From Rhodothermales bacterium (GTDB taxonomy: Bacteria; Bacteroidota; Rhodothermia; Rhodothermales; VXPQ01), in contig JAJECT010000034.1 of assembly GCA_022821845.1 (NCBI GenBank), forward strand, positions 3,038 to 67,037: a DNA stretch of 64,000 nucleotides. Reading direction: 5' to 3'. Of the stretch, positions 20,688 to 29,539 are shown in pieces. Within the stretch, counting starts at the first letter, position 1. Each line of letters starts with the position of its first letter. Made by a program: the position numbers and the translations under genes. A model generated the notes under the pieces. The model made no database searches, had not been told where the DNA came from, and saw nothing but the letters and a program-made list of their open reading frames with translations.

Positions 20688-21964
20688 AACTCCTCCTCGA
20701 TTTCTTTCAGCTTGCGGTAGAGCGTACGTTCCGAAATGCCCAGGGTGCGCGCCGTTTGTCTGCGGTTGCCGTTGAACGTTTTGAGCGCGCGCGCGATCAA
20801 CGCGCGTTCCGCCGTTTCCAGCGTGGGGAAGGTTTCTTCTTCGGGTTCTTCCTGCTCTTCGGCAACGTCTTCTTCCAGTATCGCGCGCGGCGTTTCCGGC
20901 GCGGGCGCATCCCGTCCGCCCCCCTCCTCTTCGTCGCTTTGCCAGCGCGGCGCGCCCTGATCGCTTGCTATTTCGTACGGAGCATCCTCGATCAGCGGGG
21001 GATATGCTTCCGGTTCGTTCCCGGATACGCCGCCGCGCCGCTTCAATTCTTCCCACATCCGGCGCACTTGAGACCGCAGTTCGAACAGGGCGCGATAGAT
21101 CATTTCGCGTTCGCGGGCGTCCATCGAATCCCCCGTCGCTTTGTGCACGACCGGCAGCAAGGCCGAAGGATCCTCCTCCGTACGCACGCCCCGCAAGCAG
21201 GGGCGAATGTCCTCGGCGGTCACCTCCCGGCCCCGGATCAGCACTTCGATCTGTTCCGCGACATTGCGCAGTTCGCGCACGTTGCCGGGCCAGCGATAGC
21301 GCAGGAGCAGTTCGCGGGCGTCGTCGGAAAGGCGCTTCACCGGACTGTCGTACTTCTGCGCGAAGCGGTGCAGGAACGTTTCGAGGAGCGGGAAAATGTC
21401 CTCCGGGCGTTGCCGCAGCGGCGGCATTTCGACGAGCACCGTGCTGAGGCGGTAATACAGATCCTCCCGAAACCGTCCGGCGCGGACTTCCCGGGCCAGG
21501 TCCTTGTTCGTGGCCGCTACGATGCGCGCATCGACCTTGCGCAGCCGGGAGGCGCCCACGCGGGTGAATTGACCGGACTCCAGCACGCGCAAGAGGCGCA
21601 CCTGCGCGGCCGGCGGCATTTCCCCTATTTCGTCCAGAAAGATGGTGCCCCCGTCGGACTGCTCGAAGTATCCCGTGCGGCGTTCGACGGCGCCCGTGTA
21701 GGCCCCTTTCTCGGCGCCGAACAATTCCGACTCGATGAGCCCTTCCGGGATGGCCCCGCAGTTGACGATGACGAACGACTGATGCCGCCGCGCGCTCAGT
21801 CCGTGAATGGCCTCGGCGATGAGTTCCTTGCCCGTGCCGCTCTCCCCCTGAATGAGGACGGTGATGTCCGTGCGGGCTACTTGCCGTACGCGGTCTATGA
21901 CGTTTCGCAACGCCGCCGACCGGCCCGTGATGCCGAAGCGCTCCTTTATCGATTCCCGGTCCAT
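20684..21964 (-). CDS. Sigma-54-dependent transcriptional activator (AAA+ plus Fis-type HTH, no receiver domain)
   Basis: GESGTGKE Walker A, the GAFTGA-equivalent [16 protein letters not shown], and a C-terminal [22 protein letters not shown]. Confidence 0.9.
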   Translation of the reverse strand: MDRESIKERFGITGRSAALRNVIDRVRQVARTDITVLIQGESGTGKELIAEAIHGLSARRHQSFVIVNCGAIPEGLIESELFGAEKGAYTGAVERRTGYFEQSDGGTIFLDEIGEMPPAAQVRLLRVLESGQFTRVGASRLRKVDARIVAATNKDLAREVRAGRFREDLYYRLSTVLVEMPPLRQRPEDIFPLLETFLHRFAQKYDSPVKRLSDDARELLLRYRWPGNVRELRNVAEQIEVLIRGREVTAEDIRPCLRGVRTEEDPSALLPVVHKATGDSMDAREREMIYRALFELRSQVRRMWEELKRRGGVSGNEPEAYPPLIEDAPYEIASDQGAPRWQSDEEEGGGRDAPAPETPRAILEEDVAEEQEEPEEETFPTLETAERALIARALKTFNGNRRQTARTLGISERTLYRKLKEIEEEL

Positions 21965-21967
21965 CGG

Positions 21968-23479
21968 TTACGCAGCGGCCGAAGCGGCGCATTCGAGCAA
22001 GGTCGCGCGGCCAAGCGGATCGCCGAGGAGCGTGGCCGACGTGCATCCGGTAATGCGCACGCGCACATAGTCCCCCGGCGCGTACGCTTCCCGGTCGAAG
22101 ACGACCATCTTGTTCGTGTCCGTGCGCCCGCACAGCTGCCGGGCGCTGCGTTTGCTTTCTCCCTCCACAAGCGCCACGTGCTCGCGCCCGATCTCTTCCT
22201 GGTTCCGCTCCAGCGAAATGCGCTGTTGCAAGGCGATAATTTCCCCAAGGCGCCGCTTCTTGACGTCTTCGGGAACGTCGTCCTCGTATTTTCGGGCCGC
22301 ATAGGTGTCCGGGCGCTCGGAATACATGAAGGTATAGGCGTAATCGTAGCGCACCGCTTCCATCAGCGAGAGCGTATCCCGATGCTGCGCTTCGGTTTCT
22401 CCGCAAAAACCGGCGATAATGTCCGTAGACAGCGAAATGCCCGGCGTCAGCGCGCGCGCCCGTTCGACGAGGGCCAGATATTCCTCCCGCGAGTACGTCC
22501 GCCGCATGCGTTCGAGCACCTCCGAATTGCCGTGTTGCACGGGAAGATGGATGTAGTTGCACACGTTGCCCCGTTCGCGATGCAGGCGCAGCAGATCGTC
22601 GCTGCAATCCTTCGGATGACTGGTCGAGTAGCGTATGCGGAGCGCCGGCGAAACGAAACTGATCCGCCGGAGCAGTTCGGCGAAATCGACGCAGGCGCCC
22701 TCCTCCTCGAACCGATAGGAATTCACGTTCTGCCCGAGGACGGTGACTTCCTTGTACCCCGCCTCCGCGAGCCGGGCGCATTCGGAGAGAATGCTGGACG
22801 CCGGACGGCTGCGTTCGCGCCCGCGCGTGAACGGCACGACGCAGAAGGAACACATGTTGTCGCACCCCCGCATGATGGACACGAAGGCCGAAACGCCGTT
22901 CGTATCGTAGCGAATCGGCGCAATGTCGGCGTACGTTTCTTCCCGGGAAAGCTGGACGTTGACGGCGGCCTGGCCCGTGTCGTCCGTTTCGTGGAGCAGG
23001 CGGGGCAGGTCGCGGTACGCATCCGGCCCCACGACCAGATCGACCAGTTGCTCCTCTTCCAGCAGCCGGGCGCGCAGGCGTTCGGCCATGCAGCCAAGGA
23101 CGCCCAGGCGAAGCGCAGGCCCGCCCGAAGCGCTACCCCCCGCGCGTTTGCGCCGCCGGAAATCCCGCAAGCGCCGCCGCACTTTCTGCTCGGCGTTTTC
23201 GCGGATGGCGCACGTATTCAGCAGCACCACGTCCGCCTCTTCCTCGTTGCGGGTGAGCCCGAACCCGTTCTCCCGCAGCACGGACGCCACGATCTCGGAG
23301 TCCGAGACATTCATCTGGCATCCGTACGTCTCGATATATACCCGCCGCCGCCCTTCCGCTTCCATGGACGTCGTACGCGCCCGGTCGAGTTCCTCGGGCT
23401 TCCAGGACGCTCCGGCGCGACCCTTCGCAGGCGCACGGCCCGGATCGTCCAGAATTTCTATATCAGGAATTACTTGCAT
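21968..23479 (-). CDS. miaB: tRNA-2-methylthio-N6-dimethylallyladenosine synthase
   Basis: [10 protein letters not shown], radical-SAM [11 protein letters not shown] and a C-terminal TRAM domain. The start is placed at MQVIPD, but alternatives exist. Confidence 0.92.
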   Translation of the reverse strand: MQVIPDIEILDDPGRAPAKGRAGASWKPEELDRARTTSMEAEGRRRVYIETYGCQMNVSDSEIVASVLRENGFGLTRNEEEADVVLLNTCAIRENAEQKVRRRLRDFRRRKRAGGSASGGPALRLGVLGCMAERLRARLLEEEQLVDLVVGPDAYRDLPRLLHETDDTGQAAVNVQLSREETYADIAPIRYDTNGVSAFVSIMRGCDNMCSFCVVPFTRGRERSRPASSILSECARLAEAGYKEVTVLGQNVNSYRFEEEGACVDFAELLRRISFVSPALRIRYSTSHPKDCSDDLLRLHRERGNVCNYIHLPVQHGNSEVLERMRRTYSREEYLALVERARALTPGISLSTDIIAGFCGETEAQHRDTLSLMEAVRYDYAYTFMYSERPDTYAARKYEDDVPEDVKKRRLGEIIALQQRISLERNQEEIGREHVALVEGESKRSARQLCGRTDTNKMVVFDREAYAPGDYVRVRITGCTSATLLGDPLGRATLLECAASAAA

Positions 23480-23561
23480 GGCTGCTTGCGCAGGGCGTAC
23501 GAAAAAGGGTGGGGCGAAACGCCGCAAGAAACAAAGTTCGTCAAAATATCTCTAACGCCTG

Positions 23562-23634
23562 CTGCCCTGCCAGGATTCGAACCTGGAACCCCCTGATCCA
23601 GAGTCAGGTGCTCTGCCAATTGAGCTACAGGGCA
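23562..23634 (-). tRNA. tRNA-Gln (CUG)
   Basis: The reverse complement TGCCCTGTAGCTCAATTGGCAGAGCACCTGACTCTGGATCAGGGGGTTCCAGGTTCGAATCCTGGCAGGGCAG folds as a cloverleaf. The anticodon loop CTCTGGA gives CTG. U1-A72 and G73 match known tRNA-Gln identity features. Confidence 0.9.
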
Positions 23635-23784
23635 GGATGCCGCGCCTTGTATTTTCTCATGCGTCAATGCTTCCGCCCCTCTGCGGTTCCGTTTAGGGCG
23701 TATATTCACTCCGTATCCCGCTGCGATGCAGGGCATCATCGGTTCCCGCACGAAATATCCTGATTCAGCGTACCCCCAAGCGAC

Positions 23785-24948
23785 ATGACGGATCGCGCCT
23801 TGCGTAACGCGCATGAAAAATGGATGGCGTTCTGCCTGGATCTGGCCCGGCAGGGGGCCGGACTGGTCAGTCCCAATCCGATGGTCGGCGCCGTGCTCGT
23901 CGGCACGGACGACACGCTGCTTGGCCAGGGGTTGCACCATGAATACGGCGGGCCGCACGCGGAAGTATACGCCATCCGGGACGCGGAGCGGCGCTACGGC
24001 CCCGACGCGCTGGAGCACGCCACGCTGTACGTGAGCCTGGAGCCGTGTTCGCATACAGGCAAAACGCCGCCCTGCGTCGATCATATCCTCGAAAAACGCA
24101 TTCCGCGCGTCGTGGTGGGGACGCGCGACCCGTTTATCGAAAAGTTCGGCAGTGGCGTGGAGCGTTTGCGCGCACAGGGCGTAGAGGTCGTCGAGGGGGT
24201 GCTGGAAGCCGAATGCAAGCGCCTGAACGAGGCGTTCCTGCATCATGTTCGGACCGGGCGCCCCCTCGTTACCCTGAAAATGGCCCAGACGCTCGACGCC
24301 CGCCTCGCAGGCGCGTCCGGGGCGTCCCAATGGATATCCGGCGACCTTTCCCGCCGACTGGCGCATCATTGGCGGGCCGAGACGGACGGGGTGCTTGTGG
24401 GGACGGAAACCGCCCGGCAGGACAATCCTTCCCTGACGGTGCGGCATGTAGAGGGGCGGCATCCCGTGCGCATCGCGCTGGACCGCGCCGGGCGCCTTCC
24501 CCCCGACCTGAACCTGTTCGCGGACGGGCAGGCCGACAAGACGACGGTGGTCGCCGCCGAATCGGCGCGCATTCCCTACGAAGAGGCGCTCCTCGAACGC
24601 GGCGGGCGGGTGCTTCGCGTGGCGGAGCGAGACGGCGCGCTGGACCTTCGCGAAATGCTCGAAGCGCTGGGCGAATGCGGCGGGCGCGACGGCCTTCCGA
24701 TGCAGTCCTTGCTCGTCGAAGGGGGCGCTGCGCTGGCTGCCTCGCTCCTGCGGCAGGACCTTGCGGATCGGCTGTTTCTGTTCATTGCGCCGAAGGCGCT
24801 GGGGGCTGGGCCTGTTTCTATCGACGGGATCGGCAGGGAGGACCTTGCCGAAGCGCTGACCTTCGCAGACCACGCCTGGGAATCCGTCGGGGAGGACATG
24901 GTGTTCAAGGGGTATCGGCGGGCGCTGGACGCCGCGCCGAAAGCGTGA
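23785..24948 (+). CDS. ribD: Bifunctional riboflavin biosynthesis deaminase/reductase
   Basis: Deaminase zinc motifs HAEVYA and LEPCSHTGKTPPC, followed by a reductase domain. Confidence 0.93.
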   Translation: MTDRALRNAHEKWMAFCLDLARQGAGLVSPNPMVGAVLVGTDDTLLGQGLHHEYGGPHAEVYAIRDAERRYGPDALEHATLYVSLEPCSHTGKTPPCVDHILEKRIPRVVVGTRDPFIEKFGSGVERLRAQGVEVVEGVLEAECKRLNEAFLHHVRTGRPLVTLKMAQTLDARLAGASGASQWISGDLSRRLAHHWRAETDGVLVGTETARQDNPSLTVRHVEGRHPVRIALDRAGRLPPDLNLFADGQADKTTVVAAESARIPYEEALLERGGRVLRVAERDGALDLREMLEALGECGGRDGLPMQSLLVEGGAALAASLLRQDLADRLFLFIAPKALGAGPVSIDGIGREDLAEALTFADHAWESVGEDMVFKGYRRALDAAPKA

Positions 24949-25021
24949 ATCGCGCGGGTTCCGCGCCGCACGAGCTTACCCGCGGCCCTCCGCCGCGCTG
25001 CCCGCAAAATCGACCAGGACC

Positions 25022-25612
25022 ATGTTCACGGGAATTGTAGAGGAAAAGGGGCTCCTTCGGGCCGCCGAGCCGACGGACGAAGGGCGGCGGCTGGTCGTGG
25101 CGTGCTCGTTCGCCCGCGAACTGCGGGTAGATCAAAGCGTGGCGGTCAGCGGCGTTTGCCTGACGGTAACGAGGGCCGAGGCGGACGTTTTCGAGGCCGT
25201 CGCCGTTCGGGAAACGCTAAGTAAAACCACGCTGGGCGCCCTTGCTCCCGGCGCTCCGGTGAATCTGGAACGCGCCCTGAGGCCGACCGGCCGCCTCGAC
25301 GGGCACATGGTGCAGGGCCATGTGGACGGGACGGGCAAGATCGTTTCCGTCTGCCGGGAGGCCGACGGGTTCCTGTGCCGCATTGCGTACGATCCGGTCT
25401 GCGCGCATTTGCTCGTGCCCGCCGGGTCCGTCGCCGTGGACGGCATTTCGTTCACGGTGGCGCGGCTGGACGAGGACGCCTTTACGGTCTCCGTCATTCC
25501 GCATACGCGCGCGCTCACCAATGCGGGCGCCTGGGCGGCGGGCGACCGGGTCAACCTGGAGTTCGACCTGATCGGAAAATATATCGCGCGGGGAGTGGAA
25601 ACGAGGGGGTAG
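25022..25612 (+). CDS. ribE: Riboflavin synthase
   Basis: MFTGIVEEKG...SVAVSGVCLTV...GHMVQGHVDG...SVAVDGISFTV, the duplicated lumazine-binding barrels. Confidence 0.93.
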   Translation: MFTGIVEEKGLLRAAEPTDEGRRLVVACSFARELRVDQSVAVSGVCLTVTRAEADVFEAVAVRETLSKTTLGALAPGAPVNLERALRPTGRLDGHMVQGHVDGTGKIVSVCREADGFLCRIAYDPVCAHLLVPAGSVAVDGISFTVARLDEDAFTVSVIPHTRALTNAGAWAAGDRVNLEFDLIGKYIARGVETRG

Positions 25613-25645
25613 GGATAGGCACTTGTAATTACTTGCGAAATCGCC

Positions 25646-25936
25646 TCACATCCCGGAATTTCGATACGTATCCAGATTGTCTCCAGTGATTTCTCCGGCC
25701 TCCACGAGGCAATAATGCCGCTCGTTCACGATCTCCACATCGTCCCCGTCGAAACGAAGTTCGAACATCGCGATACGGTCGTTCGCGATTACGTCGCCCA
25801 GATTCTTTGGGGGATCGATGCCAAGCCGTGCGCAGGATTCGACGAGGTCGCTTCTTTCGAATTCGAACTCCTCCTGGCCGCTATATTTTCGCTCGAATAT
25901 ATCGAGAATGATTTTTGCGTACCGATTCGTCTTCAT
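25646..25936 (-). CDS. Small hypothetical protein downstream of the methyltransferase (possible endonuclease remnant)
   Basis: 96-aa ORF lying 20 nt downstream of the C5-MTase in visibly lower-GC DNA. I recognise no motif. It is too short for a type II endonuclease. Confidence 0.4.
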   Translation of the reverse strand: MKTNRYAKIILDIFERKYSGQEEFEFERSDLVESCARLGIDPPKNLGDVIANDRIAMFELRFDGDDVEIVNERHYCLVEAGEITGDNLDTYRNSGM

Positions 25937-25956
25937 CCTTACGGCAATTCAAAGGG

Positions 25957-27213
25957 TTATTGCATGACGGCGGTTGCGTGGCGCTTTACGGAAGATACGC
26001 GGCGGCGCTGGGGGATAACGTCTCTGGGTACGCCGTAAAACTTGGCGGCTTCGGCCATCGTCAATGCAAGCAACTTCGGGTCGCCGAGCGCAAGCGTTTG
26101 CTGCGGAATCGTCGGAGCGACGCCGAGGGCGCGTATAATTTCACCCGCGATCGCCCCGCCGAGGAAAGGCGGAACCGAGTTCCCGATCTGTCGAAAACCG
26201 TGCCACTTGGTAACATGAAAACGAAACCAGTCGGGATAGGAGTGCAAACGCGCCGCTTCGCGATTCGTAACGACGCGCGGCGCATGCGGATGTATGGGGC
26301 GAGGCGAAGTGAACGCGCCGCGATCGCTGGCGGTGCCAGCGCGCAGCGTATTGCACTGCCCATCGGGATCCAGTTTCAGAAAACGACTGATCGGTTCGAC
26401 TTTTCCGCATGGCGTCGCCGCAAAACGACGACGGGATTTGTCGGTGTGCGCCGTTCGCAGACTGGACGTCACAAGGGAAGAATCGAAAACGCGCCGATAA
26501 CCGAAATTTTCCGGGTCGTCGCCAGGCACTCGCATTTTTCGAGCGTAATCGGACGGTTGCCCGTACCGCGCCTCGGCCCAATCTCGTCCGATCAATTCGA
26601 ACACATCGTCGGCCTCCGGCAAATCTCCGATGGCGTCGCTTACGGTAACGCGGCGGGTGAGGGGCGAAGGATAATTCGGTAACGGATAGTCCTGTTTGGC
26701 CCCGATCAAAAACAAGCGATGCCGGTTCTGCGGGACTCCGTAATCCGACGCGTTCAGAACGCGATACGGAAGCAGAATGTCGTAATCGTCCGCAAGCGCA
26801 GCGATCATTTCGTCCAGAACCTGCCGCTGTCTGCCCACCGTCAATCCCTTCACATTCTCGAAGACGAAGTACGCCGGGCGCAATTCCAGGACAAGTCGAA
26901 CGAAATGATGCACGAGCGCATTGCGCGGATCGTCCAGGGCGCGCTTGCCGATAAGGGAAAATCCCTGGCACGGCGCGCCCCCGAACACCGCGGCGATATC
27001 CGATCCTTCTATGCCGGCAAGGCGGAGAATATCGCTCCCGGCGATATCGCACACGTTCCGACAGATCGTTTTGCAGTAGGGGAAATTAAATTCGTGCGTC
27101 GCGCAATGAATCGGGTCGATTTCGACGGCGGCCGCCACGTGGAAACCGGCGCGCTCGAAACCGAGGCTCAATCCCCCGGCTCCCGCAAAAAGGTCTATTC
27201 CGATAGGTCGCAT
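25957..27213 (-). CDS. dcm: DNA (cytosine-5)-methyltransferase
   Basis: Motif I DLFAGAGG, motif IV GGAPCQGFS, ENV, QNRHRLF, and C-terminal REAARLHSYPDWF and GNSVPP. The start is set at MRPIGIDLF (ATG at 27211-27213). Confidence 0.92.
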   Translation of the reverse strand: MRPIGIDLFAGAGGLSLGFERAGFHVAAAVEIDPIHCATHEFNFPYCKTICRNVCDIAGSDILRLAGIEGSDIAAVFGGAPCQGFSLIGKRALDDPRNALVHHFVRLVLELRPAYFVFENVKGLTVGRQRQVLDEMIAALADDYDILLPYRVLNASDYGVPQNRHRLFLIGAKQDYPLPNYPSPLTRRVTVSDAIGDLPEADDVFELIGRDWAEARYGQPSDYARKMRVPGDDPENFGYRRVFDSSLVTSSLRTAHTDKSRRRFAATPCGKVEPISRFLKLDPDGQCNTLRAGTASDRGAFTSPRPIHPHAPRVVTNREAARLHSYPDWFRFHVTKWHGFRQIGNSVPPFLGGAIAGEIIRALGVAPTIPQQTLALGDPKLLALTMAEAAKFYGVPRDVIPQRRRVSSVKRHATAVMQ

Positions 27214-27320
27214 GGCGCGCCTCGCATTCTGACTTGGCCTCGAACGTTGAATATGCGTACGAAAAGGCGCTTTGTCAAGATGGAATTTGCCCAGCGCCCG
27301 ACAATGCATCCCGCCCCGTC

Positions 27321-28244
27321 TCACCGCACCGCTTCGTGCACCATCCGGGCGATTTCGGCGCCTGCTTGCGACGCCGTTTCGTGGTCTTCGAATCCTTCCG
27401 TCAGGATGACCAGCACGTAGGACGCGGCGTCTTTCGGATAGACGATGGCTGCGTCGTGCACGACGCCCGTAATCCATCCCGTTTTGTGGGCCACCCGCGT
27501 CCCGGGCGGCAATCCGGCGGGAATCATTTCATTGAATTCCTGCTTCAGCAGAATGTCCCGCATCGCTTCGCTGGCGGCGGGCGAAACCGCCTCGCCCCTG
27601 CGAATGGCGTCCAGCAGCAGGGCCAGGTCCGCCGCCGTGGCCGTATTGTTCAGCCCCCGTTCGAATGCCTTGATGTCCTCCACGCCACGCAGTACGCGCA
27701 TGGTTTGCGTGCCCATGCGTTCCATCGCGCGCTGCACGGAATCCGCCTCCACCCGTTCGATCACCAGATTCGTGGCGAGGTTCGAAGATACCGTGATCAT
27801 GCGTTCGGCCAGGTCGCGGATCGACATTGAATGTCCGAGATGTTCGTAGAGCGCGTCGTCGGAGTCGTCCTCGATGCGAAAGGGGGAGCCGTCCACGATG
27901 GAGGTGAAATCGTTCTCGACGCGCAGGGAATCGTCCAGGGAAAATCGGCCCGCCGCCGCCTGCCGGTAGACCTCGATCAGCACCGGCGTTTTCATGGTGC
28001 TGGCGGCGTGAAACACCCGGTCCCCCCGTATGGAAAAGCGCGTATCGGTTTCCGGGTCGATCAGCGCCACGGCGATCTCCGCCTCCGGCCAGGCAGTGAC
28101 GAAGGATTCGATGTTGGCCTTCAGGGTTTCGGAAGGAGGGGGCATGTTCTGGTCTGGATGGGCGCATCCCGGGGCCACTATGCCCCACGCCGCGAAGAGC
28201 GCGGACGCAAGCAGAACGGGAAGCGGTCGAGCGGGAGCGTACAT
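27321..28244 (-). CDS. Class A beta-lactamase-related serine hydrolase, lipoprotein
   Basis: STMK (SxxK), SSN and KTG triad motifs. Lipobox-like VAPGC in the signal region. The start is set at MYAPARP. Confidence 0.8.
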   Translation of the reverse strand: MYAPARPLPVLLASALFAAWGIVAPGCAHPDQNMPPPSETLKANIESFVTAWPEAEIAVALIDPETDTRFSIRGDRVFHAASTMKTPVLIEVYRQAAAGRFSLDDSLRVENDFTSIVDGSPFRIEDDSDDALYEHLGHSMSIRDLAERMITVSSNLATNLVIERVEADSVQRAMERMGTQTMRVLRGVEDIKAFERGLNNTATAADLALLLDAIRRGEAVSPAASEAMRDILLKQEFNEMIPAGLPPGTRVAHKTGWITGVVHDAAIVYPKDAASYVLVILTEGFEDHETASQAGAEIARMVHEAVR

Positions 28245-28281
28245 GAAGCGAAGGAGGCGCGGTCTGAGGACCCGCAACGGG

Positions 28282-28689
28282 TCAGGATGTATCCAGCAAA
28301 ATATGGTCAAGCGCTGGAATGCGGCCATACTTCTTCTCGAACGTAAGGAGACGCCCGCCGCGCTCTTGCGTCGCTGCCGCAATCCATACCATGTTGGCGG
28401 GCATGGGGGCGTTTGCGCGGCGCAGTGCGGCGAATATGCGGGCATAGTACATGGCGGTTTGCGCAGTCGTTTCCAATACGCTCACGAAGGGTTCGTCCAG
28501 GAATTCCGCAAGCATGCGCCGGTTCTCCTTGGCGCGGCGGCTGAGTGCGAACGCGGCCTCCAGTTCGCCCAGGACGGTTGCGGGCAAGGCCACCGTGGCC
28601 GCTTCGGCTACATGGTCCAGCGCCCCGGGGTGCCCGGCTCGCAAATGCGCCCACGCGCTGGTGTCAAGCACAAGCAGATGCGCGGACAT
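28282..28689 (-). CDS. vapC: PIN-domain toxin
   Basis: LLVLDTSAW N-terminal acidic motif and a conserved E/D pattern. It overlaps the upstream antitoxin gene by 1 nt. Confidence 0.85.
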   Translation of the reverse strand: MSAHLLVLDTSAWAHLRAGHPGALDHVAEAATVALPATVLGELEAAFALSRRAKENRRMLAEFLDEPFVSVLETTAQTAMYYARIFAALRRANAPMPANMVWIAAATQERGGRLLTFEKKYGRIPALDHILLDTS

Positions 28690-28934
28690 TATCGCCAGTA
28701 TCTTCTTCTGAGGCTGCGCTGGGGCCGCAGCGCCTCGGTGAATTCTTCCATGTCTTCGTCCGTCCAGGTGGCGTACCGCTCCAGGCGTTCGCGCCGCATA
28801 TTCAGCCCCGCGGCGTCCCGGAGCAGGTGCAATACGGTGCGGTTCAAACTCTCCCCGCGGGCTGCGCCAATAGCGCGAATCCGCCGCGAAAGTTCCGAAT
28901 CGACATTGCGTACTGTAATGCGGGATGATGTCAT
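28689..28934 (-). CDS. vapB: Ribbon-helix-helix (FitA/VapB-like) antitoxin
   Basis: ITVRNVDSELSRRIRAIGAARGESLNRTVLHLL is the RHH strand-helix-helix pattern. It is paired with the PIN toxin. Confidence 0.75.
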   Translation of the reverse strand: MTSSRITVRNVDSELSRRIRAIGAARGESLNRTVLHLLRDAAGLNMRRERLERYATWTDEDMEEFTEALRPQRSLRRRYWR

Positions 28935-28972
28935 GATGTCGTTAATATAGTGTCATGGTGTCATAATTGCAA
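28925..28972 (-). promoter_or_regulatory. vapBC promoter with TGTCAT/ATGATGTC operator-like repeats
   Basis: On the minus strand TTGCAA (28967-28972), a 17-nt spacer, then TATATT, then a nearly leaderless ATG. Tandem ATGATGTC sits at 28925-28932 and 28933-28940. TGTCAT sits at 28951-28956 and 28959-28964. Confidence 0.45.
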
Positions 28973-28974
28973 GT

Positions 28975-29066
28975 GGGGGTGTTTGTTGGGGTGGTGCGGC
29001 TGGGGGCTGGGCGGGCGCTTCTGGGCTGTGGGGGAAGGGGCTTTTGGGGAAGCGTGGCGGGGGTGG
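28975..29066 (+). repeat. Strand-asymmetric G-tract region (at least nine runs of G3-G5 on the plus strand)
   Basis: G runs read directly at 28975-79, 28988-91, 29002-06, 29009-11, 29013-15, 29023-25, 29030-34, 29037-40, 29046-49 and 29059-63, with almost no C runs. Confidence 0.85.
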
Positions 29067-29121
29067 AAACGTGAAATGCAGCCTGGATACGGGCGGCAAT
29101 TGGGGAATCCAGGGCTTGATC

Positions 29122-29151
29122 TTGACATTGCGATGCTATATTCCGTATCAT
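29122..29151 (+). promoter_or_regulatory. Sigma70-type promoter, module copy A
   Basis: TTGACA (29122-29127), an 18-nt spacer, then TATCAT (29146-29151). The same arrangement recurs at 31387-31416. Confidence 0.55.
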
Positions 29152-29160
29152 GCTGAACCG

Positions 29161-29476
29161 CCATCGGTTTTCAGTAAATATTCCATTCGGTACGGACCAT
29201 GCCAGCCTCCTCCCCCGACAATCGGCCTATCATGCCGGAGGCGCTTGGGCGTACCCGTAACCCGTTGGGGCACAACGAGGAGCCCCCCCCCCTCGATTTT
29301 ATCCTGACCGTTGGGTTCGCGGCGTAGCGCCGATTCTCGCGCTGACGCTTGCAGGGGGTGTCAAAAGTAACACGGCGAATCGCGCGGTTCGCATACGCAG
29401 GCGTTTGGCTCTGTTCTTCGCCACAGCGCAAAGCCTGGCAAGCGGTGTTGTTTGCCAATGTCGAATTCGAAAGCCG
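29161..29476 (+). repeat. Conserved leader / candidate ncRNA module, copy A
   Basis: Aligns without indels to 31425-31740 at a constant offset of 2264 bp. I count 9 mismatches in 29161-29327 and 28 in 29328-29476. Confidence 0.9.
29199..29327 (+). CDS. Candidate 42-codon sORF inside module copy A
   Basis: Encodes MPASSPDNRPIMPEALGRTRNPLGHNEEPPPLDFILTVGFAA. It is conserved in copy B with mostly third-position or conservative changes. Conservation drops right after the shared TAG. No clear Shine-Dalgarno. Confidence 0.3.
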   Translation: MPASSPDNRPIMPEALGRTRNPLGHNEEPPPLDFILTVGFAA

Positions 29477-29539
29477 TGATTGACATCCTTTCCACCGCCT
29501 GCGCGAGCCCAAACCCTTTCCAAGACAATTCATGAGATC

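Noticed and set aside
20688-22865. The upstream 726 codons of the 903-aa minus-strand ORF 20154..22865
   Set aside because: This part overlaps the sigma54 activator and miaB genes in another frame and translates to Arg/Gly-rich sequence. Only the last 177 codons (LptE-like lipoprotein) are credible.
20756-23596. 946-aa plus-strand ORF, and similar long ORFs (7110..8744 minus, 10957..12105 plus, 12553..13752 plus, 44661..46865 plus, 47569..49254 minus, 50631..52277 plus, 52468..54837 plus, 55090..56703 minus, 60892..62823 plus)
   Set aside because: All lie antisense to genes with unmistakable family motifs. They have Arg/Gly/Pro/Ala-rich low-complexity translations typical of GC-rich shadow frames, and they lack any recognisable motifs.
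23640-23784. FMN (RFN) riboswitch expected upstream of ribD
   Set aside because: I could not find the conserved RFN core elements (GGGTGAAATTCC..., ...GATGGGAGA-like segments) on the plus strand. The leader looks unstructured and AT/GC mixed.
29171-29533. Minus-strand ORFs covering the duplicated module (29171..29533 and 31435..31896), whose C-terminal halves look conserved
   Set aside because: The conservation simply mirrors the nucleotide identity. Outside the 167-nt core, substitutions are spread evenly over codon positions. The N-termini differ completely. The copy-B ORF would overlap the plus-strand lipoprotein gene. These are most likely shadow ORFs.
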